From Candidatus Omnitrophota bacterium (GTDB lineage Bacteria > Omnitrophota > Gorgyraeia > Gorgyraeales > Gorgyraeaceae), in NCBI GenBank assembly GCA_003485765.1, contig DNHS01000051.1, forward strand, positions 71,747 through 135,746: a stretch of DNA of 64,000 nucleotides, given 5' to 3'. This document shows, piece by piece, positions 27,354 to 37,652 of this stretch. Position numbers and translations under genes: made by a program. Numbering within the stretch: position 1 is the stretch's first letter; every line of letters starts with the position of its first letter. The notes under the pieces are model-generated. The model did no database searches and was not told the DNA's origin. It saw only the letters and a program-made list of their open reading frames with translations.

Positions 27354-28440
27354 TTTTAAGGCTTGTCAGAATATCTTTATTCCAGACAAATTTTTTTCTT
27401 TTGCGGGCCCTGTGTAACTTTTCCTGAAAGGCATATGAGTAAACAAGAGGCAGGCTCACGCTCGGCTCAACAAATGCCATTGCGCAGCTTGCGTCATTAT
27501 TGATCTTTCCCCATGAGGTAGCCTCTTTTAATGTGCTGCCGCTTAACCCTCCCCAGTGAGGTACATCTGTTGTAAGCTGAAATGCGTATGAATGCCCGCC
27601 TGTATCTTTATTGAAAATATACCCCATTACAACAGCGTCGTTGATATAATTTTTAGGAACACCCCCTGCGACATAGATAGCGGCTGTCTTTTTGGATTTC
27701 ACTATGGTCTGTGTTATCTCGTAATTATCTTGTATAGAATCAATGTGCACGCCGGACAATTTATTTTCTTTGCATCTATGATAATGGCCGGTAAGGCCTA
27801 TGCCTATTGAGCTGTCATTTAAAGCAGGCGCAAAAATAGGAACCTTGTATTTATAAGCAGTCTTTACAATAGAATCTTCATCGCTCAAGCGAGAGCCAAG
27901 TGTTTCTATAAACTCCCTGGAAGAATAATTTCCCGGCTTCATTGTATCCGCAACGCGGCCTATCCAATTATCAGTATCCCAGAATTTTTCATCATCCACA
28001 TATGTATCATAAATTCTATCAATGTATAATTTATCCAGCACCCTGTCATCTGCGTCAGGGTTTCCTATATAATGCCTGAAACCTCTTGCCTGATATATAT
28101 CCTGATATATTATAGCGCCAGTGGAAACCACTACATCCACCATCTTAAACTTTATCATATTCCTTATAATATCCCTTAGCCCTGCTGCTATTAATGGCCC
28201 TGCAAGGCCTAAATATATAGTAGGCTGCGCCTTATCCTGAAGCATCTTTTTAAAAACATTGGCGCATTTATAGATATTCCGCGCCTGTATGGAACTATTC
28301 TTAAAACTACCTACCAAATCAGATATCTTGGAACCACTCTCTATCTTAACGTGCTCTATAGGCAAAGATAGGATTTTTTTCTTCAATAATGCATCATTTT
28401 TATTAAGTTTTTTTCTGGAAAATTCCTCAACCCGCGCCAT
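27346..28440 (-). CDS. Deoxyhypusine synthase-like protein (DHS/homospermidine-synthase family)
   Basis: GLAGPLIAAGLRDIIRNMIKFKMVDVVVSTGAII resembles the DHS NAD-binding TSNLISSGLRE...VDVLVTTAG. YVAGGVPKNY resembles GGGxPKH. Confidence 0.65.
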   Translation of the reverse strand: MARVEEFSRKKLNKNDALLKKKILSLPIEHVKIESGSKISDLVGSFKNSSIQARNIYKCANVFKKMLQDKAQPTIYLGLAGPLIAAGLRDIIRNMIKFKMVDVVVSTGAIIYQDIYQARGFRHYIGNPDADDRVLDKLYIDRIYDTYVDDEKFWDTDNWIGRVADTMKPGNYSSREFIETLGSRLSDEDSIVKTAYKYKVPIFAPALNDSSIGIGLTGHYHRCKENKLSGVHIDSIQDNYEITQTIVKSKKTAAIYVAGGVPKNYINDAVVMGYIFNKDTGGHSYAFQLTTDVPHWGGLSGSTLKEATSWGKINNDASCAMAFVEPSVSLPLVYSYAFQEKLHRARKRKKFVWNKDILTSLKNG

Positions 28441-28567
28441 ACAAATTCCCTTTTATTTTTTATATTATAACATGCCCATGGGCGCTTTCCAAGCTCTTTA
28501 AACCACCTAAGGTTACATTTTTGACAATGACAGTTTTGTCGCCTCTATATTTCATTTAATCCCCTTT

Positions 28568-29062
28568 TTATCTATAATTACAGAATTGTAAAAATACAGG
28601 GAAATCTATATTTTTTAAATGCGCTATAACTGTTTGAAGGTCATCTTTTTTAGAAGCTACGACTCTTATTTTATCTTCCTCTATTCTGGCCTGAACCTTC
28701 AGCCGCAAATCCTTGATTATCTGGACCAGCTCCCTGGCCCTTTCTTTCGGAATGCCGTCTGTTATCTCTGCGACCTGCCGCAGATTCCCCTCAAACGCCT
28801 TTTCAGGCTCATTATACTTAATTGATTTTAAAGAAATTCCTCTTTTTGTCAATCTCAGGCCCAGGCTGTCATGGATACCCCGCAATTTAAAATCATCTCC
28901 GGCAACCAGGGTTATCTTTTTCTCTTCCCTGTTATAATCAATCGAAAACTTGGCGCCTTTAAAATCGTACCTGTTAGCCAATTCCTTTTTCGCCTGATTA
29001 ATTGCATTGTCAATCTCCTGTAAATCCACCTTGGAAGTAATATCAAAAGAAAAATCAGTCAT
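28568..29062 (-). CDS. yajQ: YajQ-family nucleotide-binding protein (UPF0234)
   Basis: MTDFSFDITSKVDLQEIDNAINQAKKELANRYDFKG matches the YajQ N-terminus (MPSFDIVSEVD.QEV.NAV.QA..E...R.DFKG). 164 aa. Confidence 0.75.
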   Translation of the reverse strand: MTDFSFDITSKVDLQEIDNAINQAKKELANRYDFKGAKFSIDYNREEKKITLVAGDDFKLRGIHDSLGLRLTKRGISLKSIKYNEPEKAFEGNLRQVAEITDGIPKERARELVQIIKDLRLKVQARIEEDKIRVVASKKDDLQTVIAHLKNIDFPVFLQFCNYR

Positions 29063-29115
29063 ATCTCACCTCTTTCTTATAAAATATATTATACCATTTT
29101 TTAATATAGTTTCTA

Positions 29116-29153
29116 CAACTTTACAAACTGACATTGTTAAAATGTAAAGTTGT
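29116..29153. repeat. Palindromic element, subfamily a: ACAACTTTACAaactgacattgttaaaaTGTAAAGTTGTT, in the yajQ / tRNA-Val divergent region
   Basis: 10-11 bp inverted arms CAACTTTACA / TGTAAAGTTG. Related copies at 48993-49033 and 49966-50007. Confidence 0.6.
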
Positions 29154-29219
29154 TTGGAATTTTTTTCAAAATTTAGTGCTTGAAATAGGCGGGTGGGTGA
29201 TGTATATTAGTAAAGCACT

Positions 29220-29301
<82 letters not shown>

Positions 29302-29357
29302 AATTTTTCACAGTTGACAGTTGGCTCTGAAGACTATATACTTATTAATCATCAATG

Positions 29358-29434
29358 GGGGACGTAGTTCAGTTGGATAGAATAATTGATTGTCGATCAA
29401 TAGGTCGCGGGTTCGAATCCCGTCGTCCCCGCCA
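29358..29434 (+). tRNA. tRNA-Asp (anticodon GTC), CCA encoded
   Basis: GGGGACG/CGTCCCC acceptor, anticodon loop TTGTCGA, T loop TTCGAAT. Confidence 0.85.
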
Positions 29435-29471
29435 GTTGAAACACCTTTACATGCGTAGGACTTTGGCTAGA

Positions 29472-29633
29472 TCAGCATATCTGCGCTGGTCCAGTAGCAC
29501 AGCGATTACATGAACCATAAGCTGCAGCTTTTGTAAATTGCTCTTTATCGAATAATGATTCGCTTTGGATAGCAGGGCTTATATAATGTTTTTTAGGCGG
29601 CTTATTATTTTTAACACGCGAACGTTTTTCCAT
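29472..29633 (-). CDS. Candidate RiPP precursor peptide, 53 aa: MEKRSRVKNNKPPKKHYISPAIQSESLFDKEQFTKAAAYGSCNRCATGPAQIC
   Basis: Hand-translated minus-strand ORF. GGAGG lies 4-5 nt upstream of ATG (complement 29631-29633). Overlaps the last 23 nt of the radical SAM gene in another frame. Lys-rich leader-like N-terminus; Cys-rich C-terminus (3 Cys in the last 12 residues). Not in the ORF track (below cut-off). Confidence 0.25.
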   Translation of the reverse strand: MEKRSRVKNNKPPKKHYISPAIQSESLFDKEQFTKAAAYGSCNRCATGPAQIC

Positions 29634-30702
29634 CACATACCTCCCTTTTTATTAAATGTTTCTTTCGCTTACTTTCCTCATGCAGAAAATATGTCAGATC
29701 ACACGCCTCTTTTTCTGGTTCTAAACTTTTGTTTTCAAGAAAACGATTAACAGGACATACCGCGCACTTCGAAATTAACTTACACCTATTGCATATTGGT
29801 ATATCTTTAAATTTTATATTCCGCCATTGTTTTAATACGCTGGAATCTCTCCATATTTTTTCAAAAGACTCTTCGCATATATTGCCTGCGCTATATGGAG
29901 CTAAGAGACAGGGGTATAACCGGCCATATGGGTCTATTGAAAATGTACTATGTCCTCCCTTGCATACATTGCGTTCAAGCAAATCTTCAAGCGGTTCAGT
30001 ATCGTTCTGAGCGAAATAAGATAAGTCCTCTTCATAAATTTTTGCAAGATGCCTAGAGAGAGCTTTTGTGGATATATCATTATATCTATTTTGCTCGCTC
30101 CCATTGCGCATCGGGGCTGTTATATGATTAAATTGGCAGCGCACCCCAAGATCGCCAGCAAGTTTTTTTATATCAGCATATAAATTAAAATTATCCTTTG
30201 AAAGAGATGTTTTTAACCTAACTCTAACTTTATACTTAGTAAGAAAACGCACTGCATTTATTGTGCGCTCAAAAGAACCTTTTCTCCTGGTAATTTTCTC
30301 ATGCGTTGGACTATTGGGCCCATATATGCTAATACAAACTTCTGCTATATTGTAGCTGCTTATTTGCTTGGCTTTTTTATCATCTATAAGAGTACCGTTT
30401 GTAAATATTGTTATAGCAAATTTCTTATGATTAGCGTGCTCGAGTATATCAAATATATCTTCTCGCATAAAGACCTCGCCACCGGTAAAAATTATAAAAA
30501 ACGTTCCGTGAAAGGCAAGGACATCTAAAATATCTTTTATCTGCTTCGTAGACAGAGGCTGTGTAGTAAAATCATTATTATAGCAATGATAACACCTAAG
30601 ATTGCATTTAAATGTCAGCTCAAAAATGCACCTAAAAGGGATATCCTCTTTATTGCATCTTTTCAGAAAACGTTCATATAAAGAATTGGTATCCATTATC
30701 AT
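29611..30702 (-). CDS. Radical SAM protein with C-terminal SPASM-type auxiliary cluster domain (peptide-modifying maturase type)
   Basis: CxxxCxxC at FKCNLRCYHCYN. C-terminal Cys-rich region CKGG...CLLAPY...CNRCKLISKCAVCPV is typical of SPASM/twitch domains. 363 aa. Confidence 0.8.
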   Translation of the reverse strand: MIMDTNSLYERFLKRCNKEDIPFRCIFELTFKCNLRCYHCYNNDFTTQPLSTKQIKDILDVLAFHGTFFIIFTGGEVFMREDIFDILEHANHKKFAITIFTNGTLIDDKKAKQISSYNIAEVCISIYGPNSPTHEKITRRKGSFERTINAVRFLTKYKVRVRLKTSLSKDNFNLYADIKKLAGDLGVRCQFNHITAPMRNGSEQNRYNDISTKALSRHLAKIYEEDLSYFAQNDTEPLEDLLERNVCKGGHSTFSIDPYGRLYPCLLAPYSAGNICEESFEKIWRDSSVLKQWRNIKFKDIPICNRCKLISKCAVCPVNRFLENKSLEPEKEACDLTYFLHEESKRKKHLIKREVCDGKTFAC

Positions 30703-30703
30703 T

Positions 30704-31045
30704 CTATTTCGTAAGCAAAAGTTTCGCCCTTTTCATTTTCTTTATCAAGTTTAAAATATCGGCTTTGGCTTTTCCCCGCTTTATATCATATTCTTTGCAT
30801 ATATATGTTAAAATTTTCTCCAGTGAAACCCAACCTACAGATAACTCCCAGACTTTAGTACCTATTTCATTCAGGCAATGGATTTTATTTTCAAGAGAAG
30901 AGTAAATAATAGTCTCTTTTCCAAAAATACGGAAGGCAATATGTGGATTACGCTTTATAAAAGACATATCTTGCTTCTTTCTAATAAAGGCGCCTTTTTT
31001 GAGAACTCCAGGATATGCGTTGGTACTATGTTGATCATCTTGCAA
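30704..31045 (-). CDS. PqqD-family peptide chaperone (RiPP recognition element); true start may be Met at ~30967
   Basis: FRIFGKETIIYSSLENKIHCLNEIGTKVWELSV matches the PqqD pattern (..vlld..sg.yy.LN.tg..iW.ll). It overlaps the upstream gene by 91 nt if the longest ORF is used. Confidence 0.55.
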   Translation of the reverse strand: MQDDQHSTNAYPGVLKKGAFIRKKQDMSFIKRNPHIAFRIFGKETIIYSSLENKIHCLNEIGTKVWELSVGWVSLEKILTYICKEYDIKRGKAKADILNLIKKMKRAKLLLTK

Positions 31046-31788
31046 CAGATATCAAATATTTTGTTGGTATCCGGATATACGCCAACCCCATATACGTTCC
31101 GCATTAATATCTTAAGCGCATTACATATAGATAGCGGAACTACTTTATTATAAAGGCCTTTTCTGAGGAAGAAAATTCTTCTGAGAGGGGTTCTTTTTCT
31201 CTTATTTAAACCATCCCAGTGAACCGAACTAACAGGAGGATTATGGATGTAGAAACGCTCACCTTCATATTTTATAAATGTTAATTCATCATGTAAAACA
31301 GTGTAATCATTTGGAATGAGTTTCACAATCGTTGATTTCCCGGATCCTGACGGACCTGCAAATATAACTCCTCTATTTTTATAACAAACGCTCGAACAAT
31401 GTATTGCAATGCTATTATATGATGGGGAAATAAATCTGTAAATCTCCATTAAGGAAAATAGAATAAAATTCGTCATTCTTCTCCCGTTACAAGTTGCAAG
31501 AATATATCCTTTCTTAGTCCTTGCGTCAAAAACACACTTGCCATTTAAATTTGATATCTTAACCAAAAACTTGGAATAAGAAGACGTTTTTATATTGCGC
31601 TGGATATAAACGTTCTTTTTTTTGGAAGGCTTGCTCTGCTTAATAAAAATAGATATATGTTTTTCCTTATTAAAATTATCAAATTTAAACCCTGCTAAAC
31701 GTTCTTCTAAACATTGGAATAACTTATGGCTTTTACATGTCAGTGTGCAAGGAATCTGAGCTATTTTTAAACTTAGATTAAATTCCAC
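30955..31788 (-). CDS. HPr-kinase-related protein (C-terminal HprK-like P-loop kinase domain)
   Basis: GVIFAGPSGSGKST Walker A followed by an HprK C-domain-like region. Starts at GTG 31788. The pairing with a PqqD-like gene recalls the NCBI/TIGRFAMs 'HPr-rel-A system' gene pair. Confidence 0.55.
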   Translation of the reverse strand: MEFNLSLKIAQIPCTLTCKSHKLFQCLEERLAGFKFDNFNKEKHISIFIKQSKPSKKKNVYIQRNIKTSSYSKFLVKISNLNGKCVFDARTKKGYILATCNGRRMTNFILFSLMEIYRFISPSYNSIAIHCSSVCYKNRGVIFAGPSGSGKSTIVKLIPNDYTVLHDELTFIKYEGERFYIHNPPVSSVHWDGLNKRKRTPLRRIFFLRKGLYNKVVPLSICNALKILMRNVYGVGVYPDTNKIFDICCKMINIVPTHILEFSKKAPLLERSKICLL

Positions 31789-31818
31789 AAAATCATTAAG
31801 CCTTATATTTTAATTTAT

Positions 31819-32280
31819 CTACATGCCGGATAATTTGCCTATCGCCATCAAGGTGAATACCATTGTAAATATTGCGACTGTCTCTATGATACCTAGGACC
31901 ATCAGATAGTTTCCAAAGCCTTTTCCTGTCTCACCCATTGCATCGCTGGCTGAAGCAGCTGCTAATCCCTGATACCACGCTGAAAAACCTATTGCAGCTC
32001 CTGATAAGGCTCCCAGTATCCCAAGCGCCGCTGTATTTTGTACAGTTTTACTGGCTTCCAATAAAGCGTTCATAACTATCATCCCATAAATTGTCTGGGT
32101 AAGAGGCGCTCCTACAAACGCCAGGAATATAAACGGCGCGGTTTTATTCTGGGCGAAACATTTCTTCCATGCTCCTATCGCAGCCATACCTGCTACTCCT
32201 GCGCCAGCGCCTGAGCCGATAGCTGAAAAGGCAAGCGCCGCGCCTGCTATCCCGATATCTTTAAAATTTGACATATCCAT
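31819..32280 (-). CDS. ntpK: V-type ATP synthase subunit K (c-ring proteolipid, 4-TM duplicated form)
   Basis: 153 aa, four hydrophobic helices, conserved Glu in helix 4 (GIIETVAIF). Helix 2 has PLTQTIY; helix 3 has AWYQG. Confidence 0.8.
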   Translation of the reverse strand: MDMSNFKDIGIAGAALAFSAIGSGAGAGVAGMAAIGAWKKCFAQNKTAPFIFLAFVGAPLTQTIYGMIVMNALLEASKTVQNTAALGILGALSGAAIGFSAWYQGLAAASASDAMGETGKGFGNYLMVLGIIETVAIFTMVFTLMAIGKLSGM

Positions 32281-32293
32281 AAATTCTCCTCCC

Positions 32294-34030
32294 CTATTTT
32301 AACCTAAAAGGATTATACTCTGTACCTGACCATTCCATATCCAAATGCCCTGAAAATTCAAGCACATTCAGTCTCACCCCATGAACCAGTATAGACAATA
32401 TACCCATCGCGAGATTCAGGGTATGTCCCGCAAAAAGCACAAAAGCGCTAAACAAAATGCTTAAAAAACTGGCTGTTCCTATGCTACCTGCTATCTGGTT
32501 AAATGCGTTTGCTATTGCCACCCCTGCGAGCCCTACCGCGAATAATCTTATATAGGAGACTATATCCGCAAAACTATTCACGAGTTTCAATAAAAAATCT
32601 CCAAGTCCAGCTCCGATACCGGCAAATATGTTTTTCCCGGGACTTGTAAATAAAATAATAAGGGTTGAGCCTCCTATAAAAATCCATTTCCCAATACTTG
32701 GAAATTCAAAATTCAATATGAGGGCTTTTGCCAGAAAATACGCGCACCATAAAACCGCTATCCACCCTATATCGCTCAACGCCTTTAAAGACGGCCATTT
32801 TCTTAAAATTTTCCAGATATGAGCGAGGCTCAGCTGTACTGCGCCTATTAAAAAACATAAGGCCTGGACATTTGTGTTGTTGGAGAGATATGGGACAAGA
32901 GGTTTTATCCATATGTGCGGCCCGAAAAATACGCCTGTCATCAGGCCCCATGCAATAGCGCAGCTACTCAGGACATATGTTAAGAAAAAAATTGATTTAT
33001 CTTTTATAGCCTTAAACTTTTTCTGCGCTATTAAAGCTATTAGGAAATACGTAAGCCCATAGCCCGCATCGCCTATAAGCATGCCGAAAAATATAGAAAA
33101 GAATATTAAAAAATACGGGCTTATATCCAGCTCTCTGTATCCCGGAATAGTGTTTATAATGCTGAATATGGGTTTTATTACTTCCACCCATTTAGGATTT
33201 TTTATAAGGGTCGGGGGAAAGTCATTTTCGTCCGGTTCACTTATTAATACGCCCCATTTTTCTTTTGAGGCTGAGCTTTCTATAATGCCTAATTTATTCT
33301 CCGGACAATACCCTTTTAAATAAGAAAGTTTTTCAAAATTCCCTGCGCCCTCCCGTATTTCATTAAATTCTATTATAACGCCGAGTTTTTTCTCATATTT
33401 TATCAATTCGTTTTTATGCGCGCTGATTTCTAGAAATCTTTTGTTTATCCTGACCAGGTTTTCTTCGCAGTCTTTCTTTTTTAAAAACATCTCTTCCAGG
33501 CTTACTTCAGGCAGAGCCAAGGTCTCAAAAGGCAGTTTAATATCCTCTCTGAATATTGCTGCGCAGTAAATAATTTTGCCTTTTTCAAAAATCTTTTCTA
33601 TTATCACGCCTTTAGGAGCATCTTTGATTTCCCTGGTACTAAGTTTGCAGAGCCTTACCCGTATATTTTTAGTTTCCAGGCCCTCAATTGCCTCAGGGTC
33701 AAAATCCCCCCATTCATTCCATATTTCTATATCGCGTTTCAGGATTTGCAATTCTTCTACCAGTGTTTCTTTTTCATCCAGAAGCCCGGCTATCTCATCT
33801 ATAAGGACATCTTCTTTGTTATCCGAAATAGCCTGATTTTTTATATCATGTAAAACCGCGATAGCTTTTAAAATGTGGTTTAATTTTTCCTTAAGCGCCA
33901 CGATGTTTTCCCCTAAAGGCGCGTTCTCATGCTCCACATGCAAAAGCCCCAGCCTTCTCACAGATTCAAGCGTGGAATCAATATCCTTTGACTGGGTTAT
34001 TAAAATTATCTTTTTCATTTTGACTATCAT
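32294..34030 (-). CDS. ntpI: V-type ATP synthase subunit I (membrane a-subunit)
   Basis: 578 aa. Soluble coiled-coil N-terminal half, then a C-terminal polytopic membrane half with a conserved Arg-containing helix (LNVLEFSGHLDM). Operon position. Confidence 0.8.
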   Translation of the reverse strand: MIVKMKKIILITQSKDIDSTLESVRRLGLLHVEHENAPLGENIVALKEKLNHILKAIAVLHDIKNQAISDNKEDVLIDEIAGLLDEKETLVEELQILKRDIEIWNEWGDFDPEAIEGLETKNIRVRLCKLSTREIKDAPKGVIIEKIFEKGKIIYCAAIFREDIKLPFETLALPEVSLEEMFLKKKDCEENLVRINKRFLEISAHKNELIKYEKKLGVIIEFNEIREGAGNFEKLSYLKGYCPENKLGIIESSASKEKWGVLISEPDENDFPPTLIKNPKWVEVIKPIFSIINTIPGYRELDISPYFLIFFSIFFGMLIGDAGYGLTYFLIALIAQKKFKAIKDKSIFFLTYVLSSCAIAWGLMTGVFFGPHIWIKPLVPYLSNNTNVQALCFLIGAVQLSLAHIWKILRKWPSLKALSDIGWIAVLWCAYFLAKALILNFEFPSIGKWIFIGGSTLIILFTSPGKNIFAGIGAGLGDFLLKLVNSFADIVSYIRLFAVGLAGVAIANAFNQIAGSIGTASFLSILFSAFVLFAGHTLNLAMGILSILVHGVRLNVLEFSGHLDMEWSGTEYNPFRLK

Positions 34031-34644
34031 ATTAAAACAGCCTCTAAGCTCATTCTTTTTATCTTATTCTTCGCCATCTTGGAACGTCCTACCGCGCCGG
34101 CCTGCTGGTCGCCTAGATAAATTCTTATCCGTCTTATATTATCAGCGCACTCCGGGATCTTTACTTTTTCAAAAAGATTTACCCGCTGGTTTGTAACCCT
34201 GAGCTCCTCGCTCAGTATACTCAATTGTCCATTCAGTATCTTTTTCTCTTCCAGAAAAGTTACAAACTTCCTTAACTCGATAATCGCGGTATCAACCCAT
34301 AGCGGCGTTAAAAATAAATCGTATTCAGCCTCTTCGAATTCCATTTTTTCAAATACCTGTATATCCACGCCCGCTATATTAAAACTCGAGGTAGCAATAT
34401 TTTTAGGCTTTATCCAACCGGCTACATAATCTCCGGGTTCCTCCAGAAGATTTGCCCACTCGCTTATCTCGTTCTCCAGATTATCCAGTTCCTGATTTTT
34501 CAGGTTTAATTTTTCGCGAACCCGCTGTATCTCAAGCTGCATCTGCTGTTTCTTTAGCTGCAATATAGGTAGATAGCGCTCGAATCTTTTCAGGCCGTCG
34601 CGTTGTCTTTTCAGCTCGCCCTTTGTAAATTTGATTTTCCCCAT
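34027..34644 (-). CDS. ntpD: V-type ATP synthase subunit D
   Basis: MGKIKFTKGELKRQRDGLKRFERYLPILQLKKQQ is a typical subunit D N-terminus. 205 aa. Confidence 0.8.
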   Translation of the reverse strand: MGKIKFTKGELKRQRDGLKRFERYLPILQLKKQQMQLEIQRVREKLNLKNQELDNLENEISEWANLLEEPGDYVAGWIKPKNIATSSFNIAGVDIQVFEKMEFEEAEYDLFLTPLWVDTAIIELRKFVTFLEEKKILNGQLSILSEELRVTNQRVNLFEKVKIPECADNIRRIRIYLGDQQAGAVGRSKMAKNKIKRMSLEAVLI

Positions 34645-34647
34645 GTA

Positions 34648-35943
34648 TTATTTCTTCGGCCAGAATTCGCTTGTGAGTTCAGTCTTTATGCTTATTTCTG
34701 TCAGTTCGAAATTCTCCGCCAGGATCTGCCATCCAAGGTCCAGGGCTTTTTCCAATGGTATATCCACGGAAATATTCATCATTCTTTCTTCAAACGCCCT
34801 GCCATATTTAAGGAGCTTCTTGTCCCATTCGCTCATATGAAAACCCATCGACTGCTTTTCAAGGGCTTCTCTGTAATCGCTAAATAGCTGAATCATCCTG
34901 TCCATTATGGCGCGATGGTCTTTCCTGGTTTTGCCGTTAACCAGCTGCTTCAAGCGGCTTAATGAACCGAACGGCTCGATTGATTTATTTCTCAGATAAA
35001 ACTGGCCTTCTGTAATATATCCAGTATTATCGGGAACAGGGTGGGTCACGTCATCTCCAGGCATCGTGGTGACAGCCAGTATTGTTATGGATCCTGCTGT
35101 ATCAAAATCAACTGCCTTTTCATAGCGCTTTGCCAGCTGGCTGTATAAATCTCCGGGATATCCTCTATTGGAAGGGATCTGCTCCATGGTAATCGATATT
35201 TCTTTCAGGGCGTCACAGAAATTCGTCATGTCGCTCAAAAGTACCAGGACGCGCTTACCTTGCAGCGCAAACTGCTCAGCTACAGCCAAGCTCAGATCAG
35301 GCACGAGCAGGCACTCTACGGTAGGGTCCTGGGCTGTGTGCACGAAAAATATCGCCCTGGATAGAGACCCGTTTTTCTCAAGAGTATCTCTAAAGAAAAG
35401 ATAATCGTCGTACTTAAGCCCCATGCCTCCCAATATTATAATATCCACTTCCGCCTGCATCGCTATGCGTGCTAATAGCTCATTGTATGGCTCTCCTGGC
35501 ACTGAGAATATCGGAAGTTTCTGAGACTCAACAAGAGAATTAAATATATCTATCATAGGAATGCCGGTGCGTATCATTTTCCTGGGAATAATCCTTTTCG
35601 CCGGGTTCACTGAAGGCCCGCCTATCTCAACCATATTTTCCTCTAAGATTGGCCCATTATCTCTGGGAAGGCCTGCGCCGTTAAACAAACGGCCTAGAAG
35701 ATTTTCCGTAAAAGAAACTCTCATAGGATGCCCCAGGAACCTTATCTTGTCTTCTGTTGAGATGCCGCGGCTTCCTGCGTATATCTGCAGATATACCCTT
35801 TCTCCGTCTATCCTTATTACCTGCGCCAGGGATTTTCCTGCTTTTGAAGATATCTCAGCTAGGTCACTGTAACCCACGTCTCTCGCCTCAACAGTAATTA
35901 CGTTGCCTGCTATCTGAATTATACGATTATAGATTTTTTGCAT
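34648..35943 (-). CDS. ntpB: V-type ATP synthase subunit B (regulatory)
   Basis: 431 aa. Beta-barrel N-terminus, nucleotide-binding core without a canonical P-loop Lys/Thr, [15 protein letters not shown]. Confidence 0.85.
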   Translation of the reverse strand: MQKIYNRIIQIAGNVITVEARDVGYSDLAEISSKAGKSLAQVIRIDGERVYLQIYAGSRGISTEDKIRFLGHPMRVSFTENLLGRLFNGAGLPRDNGPILEENMVEIGGPSVNPAKRIIPRKMIRTGIPMIDIFNSLVESQKLPIFSVPGEPYNELLARIAMQAEVDIIILGGMGLKYDDYLFFRDTLEKNGSLSRAIFFVHTAQDPTVECLLVPDLSLAVAEQFALQGKRVLVLLSDMTNFCDALKEISITMEQIPSNRGYPGDLYSQLAKRYEKAVDFDTAGSITILAVTTMPGDDVTHPVPDNTGYITEGQFYLRNKSIEPFGSLSRLKQLVNGKTRKDHRAIMDRMIQLFSDYREALEKQSMGFHMSEWDKKLLKYGRAFEERMMNISVDIPLEKALDLGWQILAENFELTEISIKTELTSEFWPKK

Positions 35944-37652
35944 TTTTCTTTTACCTGGTTTTCTTTTTTATTGAAATCTTCCGTCCGCCATTCGGACGAA
36001 TTCCATTCAATAAATACCTGCCTAAGGCTTTGAAAGAACTTCCTGGCAGTATTTTTATCTTCAAAACTAAACTCGGATTTTATAATCTCATATAAGACAT
36101 GAAATACATATTTCTGCCTTTCTTCAATCGTAGCTGCGTCCACTTCGTCAAACGCATTCTGCTGGAGATACACGTCGTCTATAAACTCGCCTTTAAGATA
36201 AACTATGAAATCCTGTAAAGACGTGCCTTCTTCTCCTACTACTTTCATCATCTGTTTTACTTCATAGCTTCTCTTCAAAACAGCCTGGGCCGCCTTTATC
36301 TCTTTATCTTCTATAAAACTGCTATATTTACTCCAGCTTTCAAGAGGATCTATGGCAGGGTATCTTCTTGCGTCAGACCTTTCTCGCGAAAGCCCGTGGA
36401 ACGCACCTACTACTTTTAATGTGGCCTGCGTAACAGGCTCCTCAAAATTTCCACCTGCGGGGCTTACTGTGCCGCCTATTGTAACAGAACCTAAACTCCC
36501 GCCATGCAATCTCACCAGGCCTGCTCGTTCATAAAATGAGGCTATTCTGTTTTCAAGATATGCGGGAAACGCCTCTTCTCCGGGAATTTCTTCCAATCTT
36601 CCGGACATCTCTCTCATTGCCTGCGCCCATCTGGAAGTAGAATCAGCCAAAAGTAATACATTTAACCCCATCTGGCGGTAATACTCCGCGATAGTGACAG
36701 CAGTGTAAACGCTTGATTCCCTTGCGCTCACCGGCATCGAGCTGGTATTACATATAATAACAGTCCTCTCTATAAGGCTTTTCTTTGTCCGGGGATCTAC
36801 AAGATGCGGGAATTCCCTTAATGTCTCCACGACTTCTCCAGCTCTTTCTCCGCACGCCGCTATAATAACTATGTCAATCTCCGCGTGCTTACTGATAAGC
36901 TGCTGCAAAACTGTTTTTCCTGAGCCAAAAGGGCCTGGTATGCAATAAGTGCCGCCAAGCGCAACAGGCATAAGTGTATCTATAATCCTTATTTTTGTTG
37001 TCAATGGCCTGGATGGTTTTAACTTTTCAGCAAAACACGTAATAGGCACTTTTACAGGCCAGACTTGAGACATGCTGCAGGGGTGAATATTCCCATGTTC
37101 ATCCTTTAACTCTGCTATTACATGTTGAATATTATACTTACCTTTAATCGCTATCTTTTCTACTTCTACCGCGCCTTTTAAAACAAACGGCGCCATGATC
37201 CAGTGTTCAAAAATACCTTCATGCGTAAAGCCTAATTTTTCGCCTGGTTTTAATTTTTGACCAATTTTGGCAACCGGCGTAAATTCCCATTCCTTTTTAT
37301 TATCCAGGGCTTCTAAGTACAAACCTCTTTTTAAGAAAAATCCTGACTTTTCCGCCAATTGCGGCAAAGGATTTTGAAGACCATCGAATATCTGGCCTAA
37401 TAGCCCAGGCCCAAGCTCTACCGAGAGGAGCTCTCCTGTAAATTCTACCTTTTCCCCCAGCTTCAAGCCCTTTGTGTCTTCATAAACCTGTAGTTCAGCC
37501 TTGTTACCTGTAACGCGTATTACCTCTGATTTAAGCCTCTCATCGTTATGCAATATGAAAGCAACTTCATTCTGCATAACATGGTCATGAAACTCAACCG
37601 TTGCCATGTTCCCGTTTAGTCCCGTAAGAACACCTATTCTGGATGCGCTCAT
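35919..37652 (-). CDS. ntpA: V-type ATP synthase subunit A (catalytic)
   Basis: P-loop [12 protein letters not shown]; 577 aa with the non-homologous insert typical of A subunits. Confidence 0.9.
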   Translation of the reverse strand: MSASRIGVLTGLNGNMATVEFHDHVMQNEVAFILHNDERLKSEVIRVTGNKAELQVYEDTKGLKLGEKVEFTGELLSVELGPGLLGQIFDGLQNPLPQLAEKSGFFLKRGLYLEALDNKKEWEFTPVAKIGQKLKPGEKLGFTHEGIFEHWIMAPFVLKGAVEVEKIAIKGKYNIQHVIAELKDEHGNIHPCSMSQVWPVKVPITCFAEKLKPSRPLTTKIRIIDTLMPVALGGTYCIPGPFGSGKTVLQQLISKHAEIDIVIIAACGERAGEVVETLREFPHLVDPRTKKSLIERTVIICNTSSMPVSARESSVYTAVTIAEYYRQMGLNVLLLADSTSRWAQAMREMSGRLEEIPGEEAFPAYLENRIASFYERAGLVRLHGGSLGSVTIGGTVSPAGGNFEEPVTQATLKVVGAFHGLSRERSDARRYPAIDPLESWSKYSSFIEDKEIKAAQAVLKRSYEVKQMMKVVGEEGTSLQDFIVYLKGEFIDDVYLQQNAFDEVDAATIEERQKYVFHVLYEIIKSEFSFEDKNTARKFFQSLRQVFIEWNSSEWRTEDFNKKENQVKEKCKKSIIV

